Shown: one piece after another, positions 58,901 to 64,000 of the stretch
Position numbering within the stretch: position 1 is the stretch's first letter
How the letters are laid out: every line of letters begins with the position of its first letter
Source of the DNA: a virus
Taxonomy: Duplodnaviria; Caudoviricetes
Strand: one strand, 5' to 3'
DNA: 64,000 nt
IMG/VR virus record: IMGVR_UViG_3300021431_000095
Span: 31,607 to 95,606 of that record
The notes under the pieces: model-generated
What the model was told of the DNA's origin: nothing
What the model saw: only the letters and a program-made list of their open reading frames with translations
Databases searched by the model: none
Program-made: the position numbers and the translations under genes

Positions 58901-60187
58901 AGTCTTTGAACTGTTGTAATAACAAATACCTCTTCCAGTTCCTGTAGACCTTGCATTAGTTTTGAATTTCTGACCTTCTTTGACAGGTATGTAATCTACG
59001 CTATACTTATAGTTTGGATTGTCTGTGTTATTTGGAAGTCCGTTAGAGCCAAGCAATCCGTTTGAAAGTGTGATAGAACCAATTATATTTATATCAATAG
59101 TTTCCCCAATTATTAGGGACATGTCTTTCAATTCTGATTCTTTAGCTCCCCCACTTCCAACAAGATTCTTACTTCCCGCAGTAGGCTCATTATCCACACC
59201 TTGCCAATCACTTTCAGTAGTGCTAAAAGTATCAGACATAAGTCTGTATTGCACATACTTGTTGTCAGAACTCGGTACAGAGCCTTGTATAAACTTAATG
59301 CTCATACCACCCTTTCTAACTGCAGTAGGAATAAGAGTATTCAAATTAGCATTACTTAACAAAGCAGAAAGAGATTCAAAAACAGCACCACCATTATGAG
59401 CAGATACATCGTAAACAGCTCCTAAAGCAAGTTCATTCTGTATTCCTCCACTCTTAACTAAATTATTAGAACCAACAGTAGGTTCATTGTCAATACCTAC
59501 ATTCTTCACCTTTTGTCCCGTTGCAAAAGTACCACCTCCAGAGACATTATTAGCTTGGTAATATTGACCATCATAATAACACTCAACAGTCTCACCGTCT
59601 TCCCAAGTATTCGTAGAACTACAGATCGAGCCGTCATATATTATACTCTTCGCTCCCTGCCCGTTTATATTCAGCGTCGGTGTACTATTACCTGTGTGCT
59701 TGTTGGTAAACCTGATCTTCATCGATCCACCCAAACTCAACACATAACCGCTTGCATCGTTGACTGTTTTTGCTGCAGTACCTCCGCTTGTTGTACAGGT
59801 ATAATACCCTACCATTGCATTGCTACCTTCTTCATACCAAGACTTGACATTGCCTGTCCACACACTCGAATCGAGTACATAGTTTCTCACACAATTCACT
59901 CCAAGCATGTCGGAATTAAACGTCAGTTTTAATCCACCATGCTTATACTCCTCAGGAACCTGTGCGATAGCCTCGCTCAAAGTGAAGATTGAGGTGTCCC
60001 TTCTCGGCGAGTCTACACCTGCAGTCTTGTTAACTTGGTGCAGCGAGATGTTATATTCGGTTATATAAGTGGTGAGATCGTCGCCGTCTGGCTTGTCCAC
60101 TATAGCCTTCTGTATTGAAATAGGATAGACAGAACTGTCTTTGTTTCCCCTGTCCTTGAACTGGATCATGCTGGAATCTATTGTCAT
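55988..60187 (-). CDS. tail fibre/tailspike-like receptor-binding protein with polysaccharide deacetylase-like domain
   Basis: DNEPTxGSxNLVxSGG repeats, three beta-rich repeat modules, LGFDDY and GDHTWIH (NodB/CE4-like); minus-strand ATAAATA at 60240-60246. Confidence 0.72.
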   Translation of the reverse strand: MTIDSSMIQFKDRGNKDSSVYPISIQKAIVDKPDGDDLTTYITEYNISLHQVNKTAGVDSPRRDTSIFTLSEAIAQVPEEYKHGGLKLTFNSDMLGVNCVRNYVLDSSVWTGNVKSWYEEGSNAMVGYYTCTTSGGTAAKTVNDASGYVLSLGGSMKIRFTNKHTGNSTPTLNINGQGAKSIIYDGSICSSTNTWEDGETVECYYDGQYYQANNVSGGGTFATGQKVKNVGIDNEPTVGSNNLVKSGGIQNELALGAVYDVSAHNGGAVFESLSALLSNANLNTLIPTAVRKGGMSIKFIQGSVPSSDNKYVQYRLMSDTFSTTESDWQGVDNEPTAGSKNLVGSGGAKESELKDMSLIIGETIDINIIGSITLSNGLLGSNGLPNNTDNPNYKYSVDYIPVKEGQKFKTNARSTGTGRGICYYNSSKTLLSAIDGASDIYRFEEFTVPSGASYMRICYEKANLYALQLLMIGGSVDDMPTEYSKGLTRSGGVYKAIKNMEEKENHEISKVKESNLNLVFDGNGFINGNASGAISSENGFNYTTDYTRVFKGDVLLVSVWASGNVVVALYDDSKVYDQGYNFELVDGSYGELTIPHNGYLRFSNRNQYNTSPNAKWKSTSLEDLENQVAEAVDQSIIVHELLDNTEIVFDVTELEQGLLRSTTGKPFAKDGTNYRYTPNFFAVKSGLKVKTNMQTSGTGASVCFYASDKDTLIGIGQGDISNGIIVPNDAKYARFSTERYSELEGKLYAYQEKKFKNSTDKNIEGLFDVTSTKDEVAMKFYSIDKDAWIANDTPLTYYPGQKRITHNYQGSVTPERRFVALGFDDYVPSDFSVVIPLLQKYGFRAEFNKVHRAVDISDNEADVKAKNCEVNAVMNSGSELGDHTWIHQKFPYDEPMFNGQNPSSPDGNQVPFPSNDQLRNDRGDGKNVFGITLTDIVKDTIGYQAPDINVAWGSMTDAQCQQFREYFSLYGGANDLIVLFDTLSNKYLGTTGSSRGSWNGSIYTGGIFTGCATSANHEVWERILEITNMLLKERFRINYNYLTWSLPGSKASHCWFEQDGKYYFDAEHTKLMNCLAKFESSLYSGKIRSWTDVLKEYGYKTTHDSASPGRYDGQKEPCMSLQFILNSHLSRPDALPYHTNRSFSFSRAWTEYTEGIDLQGSEPYEVQMYDGGANDNTKDSFRNAIEAWRHNTANGVVWGEVIDSDDTWSFRLILEGLLKYAYKTGIELFTKAEAYDVCFKHPMYDGNLIYNPRLRNTAKEFMPTALTVPSNPDGYIGDCSVSMVDGVPVLITTGSVVYQHYGIPYGTIKYSVDAKGSGTITIRSIKNKTPLTQKQYGDVLCTINVSGTDYVNQSAEFIVSDNGLTAYEGLCAGYGEKIVGLYIEYSSGLTMKNFSIVKE

Positions 60188-60268
60188 ATTCTTAGAAACT
60201 TATTTTCGTTTTCGTAGCACACCATTATGCGCCTTTTTGTATTTATCTTTCTTTTCGCAGTTCTCCTT

Positions 60269-60710
60269 TCAAAATTCTATGTTGTTTCTCCTCAACCAGT
60301 CGTACAGTGTGGAAACGTTGACTTTGAATTTCTTCGCTATGATCTTCTTTGACTTCCCGCTTCTTAGCATCTTTTCGATCTTCTCCCTGTGATCGTCGAG
60401 TTTGTATTTCCTGTTCGTGGATCCGTTCGGTCTCCCCATTTTGTATCCAGCCCTCTTCTTCGCAGCCAGTCCTTCTTTCGTCCTTTCCACGATGTACTCC
60501 CTCTCCTGTTCGGCTACGAAACTGTATACCGTGAGAATGAGTTTCGATATACAGTCGTCCCTCAAAGTGTAGTTTTCCTTGAGGGCTACAATGGAGACTC
60601 CTTTTTTCGAGACAGGAGTTCATGACCTGAGAAACGATCTGGATGCTTCTTCCGAGACGCGAGCACTCCGTGACTATGATTGTGTCGCCGCGTTTCGATT
60701 TCCTGATTAT
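60269..60710 (-). pseudogene. serine recombinase (resolvase/invertase), 5'-truncated and frameshifted
   Basis: KRGDTIIVTECSRLGRS...CLEK / GVSIVALKE...AEQERE.I.ERTKEGL...GRP plus HTH; one extra base in the T6 run at 60602-60607; catalytic YxRVS N-terminus absent. Confidence 0.85.
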
Positions 60711-61679
60711 GCTGCTGGTTCATTCCCACCGAATATGTCAAGAATGATTGTTGCAAGGAAGTTTTATGATAAGTATAAGTTTTCCGATGAAGATACAGTA
60801 TTTAGGAATTTAAAACATTCTGGCTGGACTAAAACAGGAAACTGGAATACTGCTAATGGATTTGACAATACGTCTTTCTTTAATAAATCTGAAGTATGGT
60901 CTTGTGAGGAAGGTGCTACTGCAATAATTGATACTTTTGGGTATAAATATGTTAAAGCCATTTGGAGTGAGTATTTAAATGTTCCTGGCAGTGACGCTAA
61001 TGATTATAGTTTTACTATTGAATTTTCTAAAGATAATTTTAGTACAATTGCAAAAACTGACACGTATACTGTAACTAACACAAGCAAGATATTGCAGAAA
61101 ATTAGGATATATGATATGTCGTATTATTTTTCTGATTGGCAATCGGAACATTATAAGATGAGAATAACCCCAACAAGTAACTATGGAAAAGCACTTATTT
61201 GGGGGTGTGAAATGTGGAATAATCCAAGACTTGATGTTACGGTTGAAGCATTTAGTGGTTCTACAGCATTGATGCACAAACTTTATATGTTAGACTCTTA
61301 CGTTAATGGTAAAGATTTTAAACCGCAGTTAATAATATGTGATACTCTTGTTACTAACGATAGCGATTATATTCATAGAGGTATTTATTATGGAGAAAAA
61401 CATACAATTTCTAATTGGTTTACTTCCTATAAGGCAATTTTTGATAAAATTAATACTTTAGGAATTCCAGTCCTTATGTTTGCTCCTCATTATGCCAATA
61501 CGTGGCTTACTTCTGGTGCTGAATCAATTATTAAAAAATATAACACTGGAGTTATAGACATTTATAAAAAGATGCAATATGTAACACCAAGAAGTAAAGT
61601 GACTGGAGCAGATGGAACTCATTTATCGAATTATGGAATTTCTTATTACTTTGAAGAACTTGAAAAAATATTTGATTAA
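60700..61679 (+). pseudogene. 5'-truncated SGNH-esterase tailspike-like cassette
   Basis: FSGS, TND and DGTHLS (blocks II, III, V) present, block I GDS absent; the ORF-track start at 60579 is antisense recombinase sequence; AT-rich. Confidence 0.6.
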
Positions 61680-61684
61680 AAAGT

Positions 61685-61711
61685 AAGGACTACACCAAGT
61701 AGTCCTTTTTT
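61685..61711. terminator. terminator hairpin sharing its stem with 55843-55875
   Basis: AAGGACTAC-ACCAA-GTAGTCCTT followed by T-run. Confidence 0.75.
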
Positions 61712-61712
61712 C

Positions 61713-62150
61713 TCAATATTTCACTTTTCCGTAATAGAAGAAATCCGGCTCGAATATCGTGTCGAACGTCGGTGCGTTCAGCAGCAGCTTGTTCCTCAGA
61801 GCATGTTTTATCATGTCGAATACGTCCTTGGCAAGCAGCCCGCTCTGCAATATCGGTATGATGAACCTGAATTTGAAATTCGCTATACAGATGTACTCGT
61901 AGTACCTCAACACTATTATTATGGAGCTGTCCTCACTCAGCTTCCCCATGTCGAAGTGATCCTTCTCCTTCTTCATGTCGAAATTCTCGTATCCTTCGAA
62001 CAGCAGCCTCCCTGGATCCTGCAGCAGGTTTGAACTCTCTATGTGGAAATCCTCCCTGTTGTCTATCTTCAGCAAAGGATTCTCCTCAAGGTTCTCGCTG
62101 TCCTTGACCTGCTTCTTCTGACCTTTCAGTTTACCTTTCTTTTCAGCCAT
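61713..62150 (-). CDS. hypothetical protein
   Basis: 145-aa ORF downstream of the GNAT gene. Confidence 0.65.
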   Translation of the reverse strand: MAEKKGKLKGQKKQVKDSENLEENPLLKIDNREDFHIESSNLLQDPGRLLFEGYENFDMKKEKDHFDMGKLSEDSSIIIVLRYYEYICIANFKFRFIIPILQSGLLAKDVFDMIKHALRNKLLLNAPTFDTIFEPDFFYYGKVKY

Positions 62151-62154
62151 TTGT

Positions 62155-63192
62155 TTACAGTTTCTTTTTCATCCACACATGATCTTTGTCATCACTGTCG
62201 GACTGGAAGTCCACGTATCCTTTCCTTCTATACCATTGATGTACGAAGGAGTCTCTCTTTACTTTCAGACATAAAGTTTCAGCCCCGATCTTTCTAGCCA
62301 TCTCGTCGGCTTTGCCGAGTATGATGTTTCCGATTCCGTTCCCGCGCATCTTCTCGTCCACAAACACATTGGAGAGATATGCTGTTTTCGGATCATCATC
62401 GTACATGTAAAGCGCGAACCTGAAAGATCCGTCTGGTGAATTGACATGCCATGTTTTTCCGAAATCTGTTGTTTCTTCCTTTACATTGACATCTGTTATA
62501 TTGTCATGGACATTTCTACTGTAGTTTACGAAATGGTAGATCATTTTCTTAAACTGGTCGAATGACATCATCAGTGAGTTATCCCTGTCGTACCACCTCT
62601 TTATCTCTTTGTCTAGATCATCACTCTCTTCCTCGTTCAGTTTATTATTGTTTTCTTCTTGCTTGCCTTCGTAATAAACATCGTCGTTCCTCAGCAACTC
62701 GTCGGACATCTTCTCCATGTTCTCCTCTGGATTCTCCCTCTCTTTCTCGTCCCTTTCCTTCATCTCGGCTTCCAGTTTCCTCCTCATCATATCTTCGTAT
62801 CTTTTCTTCCTTTCCTGATCTTTTTTCTCCCATTCAGTCTGTATCTCGTCCATGCTCCTGTTGTCGAACTCCGTCTTCTGTTTCTTGCCCATCTGTTGGA
62901 TCTTCATGGCAGCAACCTTCGAGTCATATTCCCTTCTTTCGCGGAGCTTGTCCAGTATCTCACCCTTTCTGTTTTTTATCCAGCTTTCTATAAGGTTCGA
63001 GTCGTACAGTCCATAGGCTTTCATATTGTCGCCGCTCTTTTCGACATAGCTCACTATGGGAAACCTCATTTTGCTAAGCACCGACGACACTTCGTTGTCG
63101 GTGAAGTTCGGATCTATCGCTTCCCTGAACCTTTTGACCACGCCTCTTCTCCAGTAGTGCGGTTTTCCGTTGTATATCGTATATCCAGTCAT
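62155..63192 (-). CDS. protein with C-terminal GNAT acetyltransferase domain
   Basis: AYLSNVFVDEKMRGNGIG (motif A), WYRRKGY; charged coiled linker. Confidence 0.8.
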   Translation of the reverse strand: MTGYTIYNGKPHYWRRGVVKRFREAIDPNFTDNEVSSVLSKMRFPIVSYVEKSGDNMKAYGLYDSNLIESWIKNRKGEILDKLRERREYDSKVAAMKIQQMGKKQKTEFDNRSMDEIQTEWEKKDQERKKRYEDMMRRKLEAEMKERDEKERENPEENMEKMSDELLRNDDVYYEGKQEENNNKLNEEESDDLDKEIKRWYDRDNSLMMSFDQFKKMIYHFVNYSRNVHDNITDVNVKEETTDFGKTWHVNSPDGSFRFALYMYDDDPKTAYLSNVFVDEKMRGNGIGNIILGKADEMARKIGAETLCLKVKRDSFVHQWYRRKGYVDFQSDSDDKDHVWMKKKL

Positions 63193-63211
63193 TGTTTTAC
63201 TTTGTTTTTAT

Positions 63212-63285
63212 TATTTATCAGTTGCAGTCATGTACAAAGATACCGATTATTTGCAAAATATGAAAACCAAACACTCAAATAAATA
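63212..63285. promoter_or_regulatory. divergent promoter region
   Basis: Minus-strand ATAAATA (63212-63218) and TATCTTTG (63235-63242); plus-strand ATAAATA (63279-63285). Confidence 0.6.
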
Positions 63286-63306
63286 CAGTAAAAGCAAAAT
63301 GCAGAA

Positions 63307-63591
63307 ATGGATACACAGAAGATAAAGGCGACAACATGGAAACCTGTCGAGAAGGTGGCCAAGGAAATGACAGTGGTAGGTGACGAGCACTTCAAGATCG
63401 ACGCTCCGAAGTTCATCGTTTCTCCGCTGCAGTCTGCAGCTGATCTCCACATCATATCCATACACAACGGTGTGGAAAACGATCAGGTGATGGACACTAT
63501 AAACGCCAACGAATACACACAGATTCAAGGACTGGTAAACAACGTCGAGATGTACATACAGACATCGGAGACATTCTACATAAAATTCTAA
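63307..63591 (+). CDS. small late hypothetical protein
   Basis: 94 aa after a late-type promoter. Confidence 0.6.
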   Translation: MDTQKIKATTWKPVEKVAKEMTVVGDEHFKIDAPKFIVSPLQSAADLHIISIHNGVENDQVMDTINANEYTQIQGLVNNVEMYIQTSETFYIKF

Positions 63592-63601
63592 GTTTGGAGA
63601 T

Positions 63602-64000
63602 ATGGCAGGATTCAGGGTAATAGACTTGAGCAATTCGATGAACGGGATAAACCCGGATGACATAGTGACGAAGGATGAACTGTTCGATCCCGAGACGGGG
63701 AAGATCGACCAGAGATATATAGACGCTTCGATATCCGCACAAGTGGATCTGTCGAAACCGTCGACGACCGCCAACACAACACCTGCGGGTGTATCGTGGA
63801 AATCAAGCGAACAGACGACGGTTCAGGGAAGCCTTGTTGCCGACAAAACAACAATGTCGAAGATATATCTGGTGAAGGACTATGATTCTTCGATTTACAC
63901 ATCGTACATAACGATGGAGACAGGTGGAGTGTATAGATGGGTTGAACTTTCTTCGGATTCTGGGTTGAAGTTCAACTACGTCGCCCCCCCCCCCAGCCCA
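63602..64000 (+). CDS. probable virion protein, 3'-partial
   Basis: MAGFRVIDLSN... open to the window end; missing from the ORF track because it has no stop. Confidence 0.6.
   Translation, partial: MAGFRVIDLSNSMNGINPDDIVTKDELFDPETGKIDQRYIDASISAQVDLSKPSTTANTTPAGVSWKSSEQTTVQGSLVADKTTMSKIYLVKDYDSSIYTSYITMETGGVYRWVELSSDSGLKFNYVAPPPSP

Noticed and set aside
60243-60623. 126-aa minus-strand ORF
   Set aside because: It is the out-of-frame product of the recombinase frameshift; only MNSCLEK belongs to the real protein.
60579-60700. N-terminus of the 366-aa ORF as given in the ORF track
   Set aside because: It is the antisense of the recombinase remnant, not a real start for the esterase cassette.
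63984-63994. Poly-C tract as a phase-variation switch
   Set aside because: It lies at the window edge with no downstream context and could equally be a sequencing or assembly artefact.
1-64000. TAG-to-Gln recoding as in Lak megaphages
   Set aside because: Long structural and replication genes are intact in the standard code. The few TAG stops (423, 31423, 41600) sit at sensible gene ends.
1-64000. CRISPR array, tRNA or rRNA genes
   Set aside because: No regularly spaced repeat-spacer units or cloverleaf signatures were seen, and intergenic gaps are short. A covariance-model search was not run.

Overview
This window is a 64 kb fragment of a large T4-like contractile-tailed (jumbo/mega) phage genome that reads in the standard genetic code. 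The host is most likely a Bacteroidota species, based on TAnnTTTG host promoters, a Bacteroidota-type rpS1 N-terminus and a DUF4494-like gene. Replication and recombination genes: gp41-like helicase, gp47/gp46, gp32, RuvC-like resolvase, the C-terminal half of a split family-B polymerase and a probable clamp. Head genes: gp21 protease with a scaffold-like extension and gp23 capsid. Tail genes: sheath, tube, tape-measure-like protein and gp6-like wedge. Accessory genes: a glycosyltransferase cluster, three DNA methyltransferases, a GIY-YIG homing endonuclease, a solo TnpB and a phage rpS1. Highlights: (1) two 166-aa mini-inteins separated by only two residues inside the polymerase YGDTDS motif; (2) a D-[ASGP]-S-T motif concentrated in exposed parts of virion proteins, a candidate sequon for the phage glycosyltransferases; (3) a decayed serine-invertase locus between oppositely oriented deacetylase and SGNH-esterase receptor-binding cassettes; (4) three recurring promoter classes, including TAATCG-N17-TATAAT; (5) a set of putative head-packaged proteins (SET-like, GNAT, HExxH) marked by gp21-type cleavage motifs. 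All calls come from reading motifs by eye; no searches were run.
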